IMG/VR virus record: IMGVR_UViG_3300028840_005337
Span: 62,001-126,000 of that record
From: an uncultured virus (IMG/VR IMGVR_UViG_3300028840_005337)
Taxonomy: Duplodnaviria; Heunggongvirae; Uroviricota; Caudoviricetes
Length of the DNA: 64,000 nt
Strand: one strand, 5' to 3'
The translations under genes were made by a program, and so were the position numbers. Every line of letters starts with the position of its first letter. Within the stretch, counting starts at the first letter, position 1. Under the pieces are notes generated by a model that had not been told where the DNA came from, searched no databases, and worked only from the letters and a program-made list of their open reading frames with translations. Below, piece after piece: positions 10,200 to 20,055 of this stretch.

Positions 10200-10691
10200 T
10201 TACCCGTTCCGTATGCCAAGAGACTTCGAGAGTCTTTCCAATTTCCCGTAGAACTCGTCGAGCGTCCCGTAGTTCGGGATGACGATGTCTGCAACGTCTA
10301 GATCCATCTCGAGCGACGGATCGTTGGGGACGGCACGGCTGACCCAGACGATCAGGTCAAGCATGTCCCGTTCTAGCAATGCTTGCAGTTCTCCCGCCCG
10401 TCGGATTCCGTTGAGAATATCGCTGTCCTTCAGCATATCCTCGTACAGCGTGATCCCAAAGGGCTGATTGTACTCCCAGATCGCGTTTGCCCACCGTACC
10501 CGGTGATTATGGCGATCTTCCCAGCATTCCCGGACGGTTTTGTACCCCAGGGTCTTGCCGAATCGCTCAAAAATCATGGGTGCGGCAGCTTCGCTAGTAC
10601 TGCCAGCATCTGTCAGAATCGTGTTCTCGGTGAGCCATTGCATGGCGGTGTCTTTGCCGCAGCGCCCTGGCCCACAAATGGCGATTTTCAT
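10200..10691 (-). CDS. Deoxynucleoside monophosphate kinase-like protein
   Basis: N-terminal P-loop ICGPGRCGKDT, GIRR..E, DIVIPNYGTL. Confidence 0.8.
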   Translation of the reverse strand: MKIAICGPGRCGKDTAMQWLTENTILTDAGSTSEAAAPMIFERFGKTLGYKTVRECWEDRHNHRVRWANAIWEYNQPFGITLYEDMLKDSDILNGIRRAGELQALLERDMLDLIVWVSRAVPNDPSLEMDLDVADIVIPNYGTLDEFYGKLERLSKSLGIRNG

Positions 10692-11005
10692 GAGTCGTTG
10701 TAAACCTTCTTCCCAGTGGCATCGATACGAAACGTCCGCGGATGGGCGCCGTAGAGCAGCATGGCGCGGCAGGCGATCGCTGCAACCTTACGCAGCGCCC
10801 GCAACGTCTTCTCTTCGTCGGCACCGTGCACCCAGGCCTCCTCGGCCTTGCGCATGTAGACCCGCAACGTAGTAAGCTGTCCCACGACACCGTGGTCCAG
10901 GCCGTCGCTGCGGTCGGTATCAGCGAATGAGTTTTGGTACTCAAGTTCGCTGTTGATAGCGTCGATCACGTCCTGCGAGAGCGCAGGATTCTCAATGGTC
11001 ATCAT
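10688..11005 (-). CDS. Putative MazG-like all-alpha NTP pyrophosphatase
   Basis: ELEYQ...KAEEAW...LRKVAAIA pattern. Confidence 0.45.
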   Translation of the reverse strand: MMTIENPALSQDVIDAINSELEYQNSFADTDRSDGLDHGVVGQLTTLRVYMRKAEEAWVHGADEEKTLRALRKVAAIACRAMLLYGAHPRTFRIDATGKKVYNDS

Positions 11006-11571
11006 TCTTCGAGCAGTCCTTCGTATTGTTCAATCACACAGTCCATCGGGTCGTCTCGACGTAGACGGAACCGATTCCAGCTTTTAGGGAAGACGATCTG
11101 CCGACCGCCACGCTCCCGGAACTTGGGTTCGTAGCCCTCGGAGTCATCGATGAGCAGGGCACCAGGGCGGGCCACGCTCTCCTTGCGTCCGGTGAAGATC
11201 ACGTCGCTGTCGTCGATCTCCTGGCCGTAGACGCGTCGTAGCCATGTGAGCTTGCCTCGCACGGCGTAGCCAGAGTCAGCACCGCCGAACTCTGGTTTGC
11301 AGATATTCCGGGTCAGGAACGTCACTGGCCCGATCTGGCGGCAGAAATGAAACAACTCTACCGCCCACGGTAGTACCTCGAGTTCGTCCCAGAAGTAGTG
11401 CTTCTGATCCACGATCGGTGTCCAGATCTCCGAGTCGGTCTTGCCGAGTACCGCCACGTCGTGCGTCTCAAGCGTGCCGATCAGGTCTGAACGCCCGTGA
11501 AGGCGCAGCACTGCCGGTAGGAAGTCCGCGAGGACATCGTCAACATCTAGGTAGACTTCGTCGAAACGCAT
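11002..11571 (-). CDS. HAD-family 5'(3')-deoxyribonucleotidase-like protein
   Basis: YLDVDDVLADF, GKLTWL, LLIDDS, WN motifs. Confidence 0.85.
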   Translation of the reverse strand: MRFDEVYLDVDDVLADFLPAVLRLHGRSDLIGTLETHDVAVLGKTDSEIWTPIVDQKHYFWDELEVLPWAVELFHFCRQIGPVTFLTRNICKPEFGGADSGYAVRGKLTWLRRVYGQEIDDSDVIFTGRKESVARPGALLIDDSEGYEPKFRERGGRQIVFPKSWNRFRLRRDDPMDCVIEQYEGLLEE

Positions 11572-12683
11572 CAGCTCTTCGTGGGCTTGTCATCACAGAA
11601 AATTGGCATGGACATCGTCATGCCGTGTTCGTAGTCTATAACTATGAACGTCTGCGTGGGCGGCTGGGCTTTGAATCCGCCGCGTTTGGCGTACGGACTG
11701 ATGCCGATCAGGCAGCCACACAGGACATAGTTCCAGTCACAGCCGTACTGGTGGAAGTGCCCCATCACGTCGAGCTCAGCGGGCGTCGCCGGCGGCTCGT
11801 TCCACTGCGCGATCTTCCGGCGCAGAGGCACGTGGACACCACCGATCCCGCCGCCGTACTTGATGGCGTGGCCGTGGTGGAATCGAACAGTGTGCCCTTG
11901 AACGGGCAAAATGTTGTGATACCCAGGCTCCAGTTTGCACTGGACCTTGTCGTCGTCGCGGAAGAAATTGGCGACGTTGTTGTAGATCAACCACTCCCAA
12001 GAACTGCGGGGCTCAGTGGCGATGCGGCGATCCTTGGTGGAGCGCCCGTGATTGCCCAAGCTGGTCGTGAACAACACGTGGTCAGCTTTGGATTCCCGCT
12101 TAAGGAGGTCGATACCCTGGATCAGGTGGTTTTGCACTTCGATCGAGGCTTCGGCCGGGCCCTTACGGTTGCCCTCCATGAGCTCTTCATGGATGTAACC
12201 AGTGATCATGTCACCGCCGGCCCATAAGACGACTTCGTTGATATTCGCAATCGAGCGAGCGAAGTCGAGAAGGTAGAGCGACTTTTGCCAGGTAGTAGCA
12301 ATGCGCCGATTAGCAACACGCTCGTTGAACTCGTTGACCCCGTTAACCATTTTCGGGTCGACGACCTCTTCAAGGTGCCAATCGTTGACACAGATGATGG
12401 CGGACGCTTTGCCGCGTCCCTTGCGTTTACGACTCCGCTCCAGCTTTCGGAGCGTCGCCTGGTCCTGCGAGGCCAGGAGCCTTTCGCAGTTGTCCTCGGA
12501 GACCTGCAAGTCCGCCTCGGCCTGCTTGTACTTCTTCTCCGCGTCCTTTTTGGCCGCGTTGGCAGAAGCGAGCTTCCGTTCGAGTTTGCGGATTTCGCGG
12601 ATCTTCTCGTCCTCGCTCATGTCAGCGAGGGTTTGCAGCTGCGCAAGCTTTTCGCGTGCTTCAGCCGTCTTCGAGCTAGCCAT
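11571..12683 (-). CDS. Calcineurin-like metallophosphoesterase with N-terminal coiled coil
   Basis: DWH, GGDMI, GNHGR, HHGH, MGHFH motifs. Confidence 0.85.
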   Translation of the reverse strand: MASSKTAEAREKLAQLQTLADMSEDEKIREIRKLERKLASANAAKKDAEKKYKQAEADLQVSEDNCERLLASQDQATLRKLERSRKRKGRGKASAIICVNDWHLEEVVDPKMVNGVNEFNERVANRRIATTWQKSLYLLDFARSIANINEVVLWAGGDMITGYIHEELMEGNRKGPAEASIEVQNHLIQGIDLLKRESKADHVLFTTSLGNHGRSTKDRRIATEPRSSWEWLIYNNVANFFRDDDKVQCKLEPGYHNILPVQGHTVRFHHGHAIKYGGGIGGVHVPLRRKIAQWNEPPATPAELDVMGHFHQYGCDWNYVLCGCLIGISPYAKRGGFKAQPPTQTFIVIDYEHGMTMSMPIFCDDKPTKS

Positions 12684-12734
12684 TGATTGTCCTCGTGTTG
12701 AAGATGCATCTGTTACGACTTGCGATATCATGTG

Positions 12735-12764
12735 AGTCTACCAGATCTGTCGATCGTGTGTCAA
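12735..12764 (-). promoter_or_regulatory. Sigma70-type promoter for the leftward nucleotide-metabolism operon
   Basis: TTGACA-18 nt-TAGACT on the minus strand. Confidence 0.6.
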
Positions 12765-12828
12765 GTGTCTTACCTGAAAAAATCTGACAATTTTGCTTGC
12801 AATGCAAGCACCCCCAAGGAGAGCTACC

Positions 12829-13164
12829 ATGCACCATATTCCAGTGGATCATTGTCCGGACGTGGAGTTGACGAAACTCCCGAACGAGAAGGTGGTCACA
12901 TTCGACGGGCATGAGTTGAAGCTGGGGTCAGTCATCTACTTTCGCTTCTGTCCGCGCGAGGCGGCGTCCGAATACGTCGTAGTCTCAGATCGCGCGATTC
13001 GTGGCAGAGGCACTACAAAAATAATGGTGGTAGGCAGCCGTGGCATCGCAGCGGCTATGGACGCCACCGAATTCGTTAGAGACAAAAAGATTTGGTGGGA
13101 CTGGTACCAGCAGAGGTACAAGCCCGCCGGGAGACGAACCAATGGCGAAACAGCCAGAGACTGA
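12829..13164 (+). CDS. Hypothetical protein
   Basis: AAGGAG RBS. Confidence 0.6.
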   Translation: MHHIPVDHCPDVELTKLPNEKVVTFDGHELKLGSVIYFRFCPREAASEYVVVSDRAIRGRGTTKIMVVGSRGIAAAMDATEFVRDKKIWWDWYQQRYKPAGRRTNGETARD

Positions 13165-13777
13165 TCTCGTTCCCACTGACCTCGTCACTGTCACCATGGA
13201 TATGGACAAGGACGACGTCGCGGCCATTTTGATGTCCCGCGCTGAAGAGCGCATCAAGCTGGCCATTAAAGCTTGTCAGGACCGTGAAAAGGTTCTGACG
13301 AAGGAGCACGACGAGCTGCGCGAAGCCTTCAACGACCTCTGCGAAGAGTTCGCAAAGGAGAAGATGGAGGACACCGTCGAGACCCTCACCGAAGCGGCCA
13401 CTGCGCTGAAGTGCAAGAATATCAGCACGGAAGTGTACTCGGGCGGATTCACGCTCCACAACAACATGGTCGCGGCAAGCATGAGCCTCAACGCCCAAAA
13501 GCCGCGTGTGCGCTGGGAGGTGAGTACGTCCTTCAAGGCCACGGCTGCGCTGAAGAAGGCCTACCAGACCGGCGAGAAGAAGCGCAAGGAGATCGACGAC
13601 AACAAGAAGCAGTGGATCGAATGGCGGCGCAAGCTGGCCGATCTGCCGTCGATGGAACGCCGTGCCAAGGCGGCCGTCGCCGAGTCCCGGCTCAAGTCCA
13701 CGAAAGAGGGCCAAAAGCTGGTCGACATGCTCAACGGCGATCTCGACAACTCCGTGAAGCTGCTCGGCATCTGTTGA
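13142..13777 (+). CDS. Hypothetical coiled-coil protein
   Basis: GGAG RBS; strong GC3 bias. Confidence 0.7.
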   Translation: MAKQPETDLVPTDLVTVTMDMDKDDVAAILMSRAEERIKLAIKACQDREKVLTKEHDELREAFNDLCEEFAKEKMEDTVETLTEAATALKCKNISTEVYSGGFTLHNNMVAASMSLNAQKPRVRWEVSTSFKATAALKKAYQTGEKKRKEIDDNKKQWIEWRRKLADLPSMERRAKAAVAESRLKSTKEGQKLVDMLNGDLDNSVKLLGIC

Positions 13778-13784
13778 TATTGCA

Positions 13785-14930
13785 ATGCCTGCCAGTGGTG
13801 ATCTAAAACTGCTTGGATTCTGGCGACAGCCGGACGCCACGCGGTGGAAACCATTTTCTGAAGATCAAGAGAGCGTAACGCTCAACGCGCCGATCGATGA
13901 CGTGGTGTTTGGCGAGACTCGGGAAGATTGTCTTGCCCAGATTCACGCCAAATACCCGGCATCGGATCCCAATATGTCGCTCGTGGAGTATCGCTGGCAA
14001 ACGCATCCGCGTCACCAGTCAATCAGCGGCGACCCGTCTACGAATTGGGATAAGGACGACTCCATCGACGTGAGCGAGACGGAGCGCTACTGCGGAGCCG
14101 ATCCGTGGGAAGCTCTTGCGCTTGCTAAGAAACTCGGCACGATTGAAACTCGCAATCTGACTACGGAAGGCTACTGCTACGACGGGCCGAAGTGGGAGGA
14201 GGAGGGTTGTATTGTGACGAGTGTCGGTTGGTACACCGGCATTAAGAAGATCAAGTATGATCCCAAAGGCCTGCTACGTGCGAAGAAAGCCGCAGCGACA
14301 CGCCAAAAGACGGGGGCCGTCCTCGTTAGCGACGTGGCTTCGGCGATCTGGCAGCTTGCGATGCAACTCAACGATGTTGTACGCATCCGCGGCGTCGGCA
14401 GCGATTGGAATAGCCGCTACTCCTGCTGCATCTGCGCATTAGAGACGATCAAGTGGTTCAACGCCGTCTTCGGCAAGAACGCACATCGTCGCAACAAGCA
14501 CTTCCGCGAACTCAAAAAGAAGTGGAAGGAGCGTGCAGAGGCGTCGCGCAAAGCGTGGTATCGTGACGCGCAGGTCGAATACAATGACAACGATCCGCGG
14601 GCCGTCTTCGCCAACTTCATGGCCGAAGAGATCAAGGTCCGTAACTCGCCCGTACTGACCGAAAAGGAGTGGCGAAAACGCGGCGAACGTTGGAAGCCCC
14701 CGCCGGGCACGTTCAAGGCGTTCGGCCACAAAGCCTATGCCAAACAAAGGGCGCGCGACGAAAAAGCGCAAGCCAAAAAAGAAGCCGAAGCCAAAAAAGC
14801 CGCCGCCAAAAAGAAAGCCAAAGTCGGTGGCAAAAAAGGCAAAGGCAACGCCAAAGCCAAAAGGCCGACCAAAAAGAAAGCCCCCGCAAAGAAGCGGCCG
14901 TCCCGACGTAAGTCCAAAGCTGCGCGCTGA
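13785..14930 (+). CDS. Hypothetical protein with Lys/Ala-rich histone-H1-like tail
   Basis: C-terminus KKEAEAKKAAAKKKAK...KKAPAKKRPSRRKSKAAR. Confidence 0.7.
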   Translation: MPASGDLKLLGFWRQPDATRWKPFSEDQESVTLNAPIDDVVFGETREDCLAQIHAKYPASDPNMSLVEYRWQTHPRHQSISGDPSTNWDKDDSIDVSETERYCGADPWEALALAKKLGTIETRNLTTEGYCYDGPKWEEEGCIVTSVGWYTGIKKIKYDPKGLLRAKKAAATRQKTGAVLVSDVASAIWQLAMQLNDVVRIRGVGSDWNSRYSCCICALETIKWFNAVFGKNAHRRNKHFRELKKKWKERAEASRKAWYRDAQVEYNDNDPRAVFANFMAEEIKVRNSPVLTEKEWRKRGERWKPPPGTFKAFGHKAYAKQRARDEKAQAKKEAEAKKAAAKKKAKVGGKKGKGNAKAKRPTKKKAPAKKRPSRRKSKAAR

Positions 14931-15160
14931 GATCATTCGACTCGGCACGCTGTTCATGAAGGAGGCCAAAAACTTCAAGGCGGCATTCAAACGTCCCTTA
15001 CACGACTTCTGGATCAACAATGTACGCGGCTTCGACATCCAGCGCTTCTGCGACGAGATGCTCGAGGCGTGCCACGGGAGTTTGGTCAAAGCCGTGCGTG
15101 CTGAATACGGGGACGAAAAGGCGGCATTAATCAAACGACTGGTGCCTAGTGGTTCCAGCG

Positions 15161-16033
15161 TCATGTGGCCACAAGCCACATAACTTCTGAAGACCAGGCT
15201 GCTCCCAGGTGTGTGCGACACCACCGTCGCAGTGCGTCACCGTCACGGCCCTCTGAGAACTTCCGATAGTACGCTATCGGGTCCATAAAGAGCTGACTGA
15301 CGGGTTTTGCCTCGGCAAATAGTGTCATCATCCTGGACCAATTGAACGCGAAGGCATGGCGCAGCTGGGTGTCGTTGTAGGACACGCGGCCCGCCTGAAT
15401 CTCTTGTTGTACATGACAGACAATCGCCAGTGCGTTGATTGCTGACTCTGCTGTGAAAAGCAGGTCGCCAGCACCGTCGCCGATGGAACCACCATTCTTC
15501 GCCATCCACACGTTATGCGTCGCGCCGTTCAGGTAAGCGACCCACTCGTCTAGGATGTAGAGGGGGATCTGATTCCATTGGCGAGTTCTGCCGATCATGT
15601 ACTGCGCGTACATTCGCGATCTGAGTCCGGTTGGGACATACCGGGCAGCATCCCTGATAGTGCAGGGCCGCGGCTCTTCGATGAGCGCGGTCCTGCCGTT
15701 CAAACAATAGAGTGCGTTTTCCACACCCGTGCCGGCACCATGCTCGTTCCTCATGAGCGAGTTCACACCATGGGTCGCTTCATGCGCCCACGTGCCCAGA
15801 TCTGAGTCACGGTAAGTCGCGGAGCTTGTCAGGCCCGTTGCGGGCAGCCGCGAATCAATGTCCGCCAATACCTGCCCCAACCGTGTGTCGTCTACCGCTC
15901 TGACAACCGGCGCGTAGGTCCACAGCGGTTCACGGGCAGCCTCATTGGAGCGATCGTCGCCGGCAGCGTACATTGGTCCCGCCAGTACGCTGCCGGCTGA
16001 CGCCGCTATGAATGCCCGTCGTGATAGTTTCAT
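15161..16033 (-). CDS. Tat-exported zinc metallopeptidase-like protein
   Basis: MKLSRRAFIAASAGSVLAG twin-arginine signal; AHEATHG and downstream DEWVAY. Confidence 0.65.
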   Translation of the reverse strand: MKLSRRAFIAASAGSVLAGPMYAAGDDRSNEAAREPLWTYAPVVRAVDDTRLGQVLADIDSRLPATGLTSSATYRDSDLGTWAHEATHGVNSLMRNEHGAGTGVENALYCLNGRTALIEEPRPCTIRDAARYVPTGLRSRMYAQYMIGRTRQWNQIPLYILDEWVAYLNGATHNVWMAKNGGSIGDGAGDLLFTAESAINALAIVCHVQQEIQAGRVSYNDTQLRHAFAFNWSRMMTLFAEAKPVSQLFMDPIAYYRKFSEGRDGDALRRWCRTHLGAAWSSEVMWLVAT

Positions 16034-16083
16034 GGCGTCAAATATACCGTTCTTTCGGGATCCGGGGAGGACCAATTTTGTTA

Positions 16084-16854
16084 ATGGAAACAAAATGTGC
16101 GCATGCGCAGCAGGACTGGGCGACAGCCTTACTGCAGCGACACGGCAAACTGATGGAAGTCGAGGAGATGGAGGCCCTCATTAAGAGGGGTAAGGCAGGG
16201 GACGACGACGCGCGGAACCGCGGGATTGCTGGTTGCTACAGGCTGGCCTTTCAACAGGCCTGGCGCGCAGCGTACAACGATCCCCACTTCTCCGTCGACG
16301 ATCTCTTCCAGGAGGCCGTGATCGGCCTCATGAAGGCAGTCGAGCGCTGGCGACCAGAAACGGGCAACCGATTCGTAACCGCTGCTTGGTTCTCGATCCA
16401 TGCCGCAATCTCATGGTACAAAAAGTGCCATAGGCGCCTCGTATACTACCCGCCCCGCTGGGACGAAAAGGGTGTCAAGCGGCCGGACTGGACTAAAGAC
16501 TGTCCGGAGCTGTTTGCAGACTACGTGTCGTTGCATAAACGCGTGGGCACGGGCAATAGGCGAAATCCCGGGATATTCGTGTACGAGATGATTGAAGACG
16601 AGACGCTGCGCGACTTCGTTGCCGACGTCGAGAGCGAGGACCAAGCCGATATGGTCTACGAGGCGTTCGAGAAGTTGACGGAGCGTGAAGTCGACATACT
16701 GCGGCGTCGCTATCTCGGCGACAAGCTTTGGGAGATCGGTAAAGTTTACGGAATCACCCGCGAACGTGTTCGGCAGTTGATCATCAAAGCCGAAAATATC
16801 ATCCACAATCACGTCTTGAAAGAGCAAATCGATGGAGACGCTGGTACTGCTTAA
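16084..16854 (+). CDS. RNA polymerase sigma70-family factor
   Basis: Region 2 DDLFQEAVIGLMKAVERW..GNRFVTAA; region 4 LTEREVDILRRRY..EIGKVYGITRERVRQ. Start uncertain. Confidence 0.92.
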   Translation: METKCAHAQQDWATALLQRHGKLMEVEEMEALIKRGKAGDDDARNRGIAGCYRLAFQQAWRAAYNDPHFSVDDLFQEAVIGLMKAVERWRPETGNRFVTAAWFSIHAAISWYKKCHRRLVYYPPRWDEKGVKRPDWTKDCPELFADYVSLHKRVGTGNRRNPGIFVYEMIEDETLRDFVADVESEDQADMVYEAFEKLTEREVDILRRRYLGDKLWEIGKVYGITRERVRQLIIKAENIIHNHVLKEQIDGDAGTA

Positions 16855-17257
16855 ACCCGATACGCTCAAACGGGGCCTGGTGGGGCGCGTCCTCACCAGG
16901 CTCGAGGATCGGGGCATCCGCTTCCTGCGGGTGAAAGAGTTGATCATGCTCCCCCGCCACTGCGAGGAGTTGTACGCAAAATTCAAGGGCGAGCCCTACC
17001 TGCCTCGCATCCAAGAATTTATGACCAGCGGCCCGATCGAGGCCCGTGTGGCGCACGCGCCGCACGCGCCCGACGACACGATCACGATCGTACGGTCTGC
17101 TGTTGGCAGCTTCACGGCACCCGCTGCAGGCACCATCCGTGGTGACTTCGGCGCTGTCCGCGAAAAGAACCTGATACACGCCAGCGACTCGCCAAGTGCG
17201 GCCAAAGTCGAAATCGAGATATTCTTCCCGGGGTTCCCTGGAGATGTCGGCGACTAG
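16832..17257 (+). CDS. ndk: Nucleoside diphosphate kinase
   Basis: TLVLLKPD, GTIRGDFG, NLIHASDS. Confidence 0.95.
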   Translation: METLVLLKPDTLKRGLVGRVLTRLEDRGIRFLRVKELIMLPRHCEELYAKFKGEPYLPRIQEFMTSGPIEARVAHAPHAPDDTITIVRSAVGSFTAPAAGTIRGDFGAVREKNLIHASDSPSAAKVEIEIFFPGFPGDVGD

Positions 17258-18942
17258 GGCCTGGCGAATGCTGCGCGACCGCGACGGACTCCCTGCAACG
17301 CTGTTCCACGGCGTACGGGGAAGCCGGCTTCTGCACCTCGACCTTTGGTACAGGGCGGAAGAGAAGATTGCGTGGGACGGTGACAAACGGAAAGCGACGC
17401 ACTACACGTCGGGATTCCACGTCATGCCCACCTACGAGGACATACTGCGCTTCTCGAACCGGTTCCGAAACATCGATGACCTTGTGATCTGCGAGGTTGA
17501 TGTAAAAGGGAAGCTTCGGAAGAAGAAGCACAGTCCTTCTAACATACTGCTCGCTCCCTGGATGCGTATCCTGGATGATCAGTGGGCAAACCGATTACTA
17601 CTACCTGAAGTGAGGGCAAACTGAATGGCAATTTTTGGGTACATCCTCATCGGCTTCGTCGTCGGCATTTCTATGGGCTGGATGGGCGGCTTCGCCTTCG
17701 GCCAGATTAGCGAGAATGAGAAGCTCCAACGGCTTGCCGTGAAGCTGAAGCTCGCACGATGGGAGACCAACCACACTACCGGGAAGCCGTACTTCGTGTG
17801 GTACACCATCCACGGCATCATGACGATGCAGCAGGCAGCGCAGTCGAAGAGCACCTTCGCATACCCGCAGTTTTCGTGGGGGCTGCCTGCGGCTGTGTTT
17901 GGCGACGTGCCTGATCATGACGAATCGACGTATACCGGTGATTTGATCGACGGCGACGAACCCTTCGACCCGATGGAAGACGAGGAGGAGTTAGAGGATG
18001 AAACCGCAGACACGACGTGACTTGCTCACCGTGCTGATCTTCGCACTCATGCTTGCCGGCGTGATACTGGTCCTTGGAGCAGTCATGTGCACGCAATCGG
18101 ACGGCGCTGAGCCGACCAGCAAAGCGAGCGCTATCATGCTTGAGCCTGAAGTGTGGTTCTCGGACGTACTGCTGCCCGAGGAATACAAAATTTCGCCTGG
18201 CCACTATGACGGCCAGGAGAAGCGATACCTGACGTGGGCCGAGGCGATGCGAAAGCGCGCGGCCGATCGACAGGCCTTTCTGAACTTCATACCCAGCGAG
18301 CAGCATCGCTATCGCCTGAACCTGTTCAAGATGGTCGAGGCGTACGAGCAGCTGCCCGATGGGGCGGACAAGGAACGCATGTTCCGCATCTGCCTACTTG
18401 AGTTCATGTTCGTAACCAACCGACTCGATCTCGATCGAGTGGAGCTTTACCCCAAAGATATGCCTGGAACCGCACGCCGGGCACTGCGCGACTTCCAACC
18501 GAAGTGACAGCACTTCGCGGGGTCGAAGTTGCGTCAGCCAGCCACCGAGTGTGGCCTGTGCCAAAAGCCCACTCGGTAGGCTGGTCTTATACAAGGAGCC
18601 GCCATGGACCGCATGATGACGATCAGCGAGGAGGAACGGGCGATCATCGAAGCGTGTATCGCCGACTGCATCGATGCAGTGACAAAACAACGTATGCTCT
18701 GCATGCGTGAAGACCGCTTGGCTCGTAAAGAACAGCTGCAGCTGAATGAGGAGTATCGTAAGCTGTCTCCTGCGGACCGTCGACAGACGGGAAGCGAACT
18801 GTTGCAGTTGGAGGTCCGAATGGAGGAACTCATAACTCGGTTCGACCCAGATGACTGGGAACCGACACCTGACATTGAGGAACTCTGTTTGGATGGACCA
18901 CGTGACACCTCGTCGACCGAAACGAAATTTTCTTCCGGATGA
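17244..18942 (+). CDS. Four hypothetical genes (17244-17624; 17625-18020 with N-terminal TM; 17998-18507 with signal/TM; 18604-18942)
   Basis: Chained ORFs with RBSs; no recognised motifs. Confidence 0.55.
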
Positions 18943-18943
18943 A

Positions 18944-19162
18944 GGAGTTAGTTCCTTCCGAAGGAAGGTACTGACTCCATTGCATTGCCTTCCGTAAGGA
19001 AGGTAATGTAATAAACGACTAAAGTTGGTCCAGAGGGCCAAAGGCACTTTAGTCGTTTATTATAAGGCGGGGTATGGATGTGCTCCCTCTGCTGAGGGAC
19101 CCGTCCAATTTTATTCACGTGAATAAGAAGCGTTCCCAGGGGGCGGTATGTGGCCGCCCCCA
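18944..19162. repeat. AT-richer intergenic cluster of inverted repeats
   Basis: Two hairpins sharing CCTTCC-G(T)AA-GGAAGG; perfect 17-bp IR TAATAAACGACTAAAGT (19009-19062); 16-bp palindrome TTATTCACGTGAATAA (19111-19126). Confidence 0.75.
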
Positions 19163-19195
19163 TAAGTGTTGTTCTTTCCCAGAAGGAGGCCTCAT

Positions 19196-19729
19196 ATGGC
19201 CAAAGGAAAGCGAAAGAAGAAGCGTGCTCCGATGATCAGCAAGACCGAGGAGCTTGGCCCGAACGACCGGACCCTCTTGATCCGGCGGTATCGGAAGAAG
19301 TTCCCCAAGACTGACCGTGTCATCAAGATGAGCAATGGCCGGAAGCGCCGAATCAAAGGCATGCCGGCCACCGTTCTGTTGAACGAGAAGATCCTGCGAG
19401 ATTACCCCCACAGCGGGGTCACCGCGCAGAACATCTACAACTTCGACTCGGACGTCAAGAACGGGAAGAAATCGAAGCCGGTGGGCAAGTCCAAGAAGAC
19501 GCCGGCACGGGCAGAGGCACAGACGCCCGAGACCACGACCCCGCAGAAGAGCGTGGACCTCAATGGCATGTCGCTGGAAAAGTCGCAGACCCTCTTCGAA
19601 CAGATGAAGACTGCGAAACCCACCGCCATGCCGCGACTCTTCGGTCAGTTCATGGCCGAGATGACGACGCAGATGGACAAAGCGACGGAATGGGCATCGA
19701 AAACCACGGTGTCCGATCTGATCAGCTAA
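19196..19729 (+). CDS. Basic hypothetical protein
   Basis: AAGGAGG RBS; Lys/Arg-rich N-terminal half. Confidence 0.7.
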   Translation: MAKGKRKKKRAPMISKTEELGPNDRTLLIRRYRKKFPKTDRVIKMSNGRKRRIKGMPATVLLNEKILRDYPHSGVTAQNIYNFDSDVKNGKKSKPVGKSKKTPARAEAQTPETTTPQKSVDLNGMSLEKSQTLFEQMKTAKPTAMPRLFGQFMAEMTTQMDKATEWASKTTVSDLIS

Positions 19730-19744
19730 CCCGGGCGTTTGCCA

Positions 19745-20036
19745 CTCTCTGTCCTACACTTGCCACAGAGAGCGTGCCGGTTACCCCCTCCTAACCCGAG
19801 GGAAGGTGATCAGGCTCCGCGGTTCGTCCTTCATTGGGCGGCCGCGGCCTCGACCTGGGGTTCGGTCGGTTTGTGACGAACGCTAGTTGAATTCCCCCCA
19901 ATTTAACCAGTGGTACCGCCAAACCCCAGGTCACAAAGCATCAAAATGCGCGCCTTCTTGATGCCCTCAGAGGCGCGTGGGAAGATGCGTTCATGTACAG
20001 CGCCGCCCCACATCGTCGTGGGGCGGCGTCATTTCT
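19745..20036 (+). ncRNA. Candidate structured RNA with several hairpins and an H-type pseudoknot
   Basis: Stems CTCTCTGT/ACAGAGAG and GACCTGGGGTT/AACCCCAGGTC, pseudoknot 19938-19978, terminal GC-rich hairpin. Confidence 0.55.
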
Positions 20037-20055
20037 CACACATAGGAGAGGACAA

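Noticed and set aside
19142..19151. 10-nt match (GGCGGTATGT) complementary to the 5' part of the candidate sRNA at 32763-32772
   Set aside because: A 10-mer match is not significant in a window of this size.
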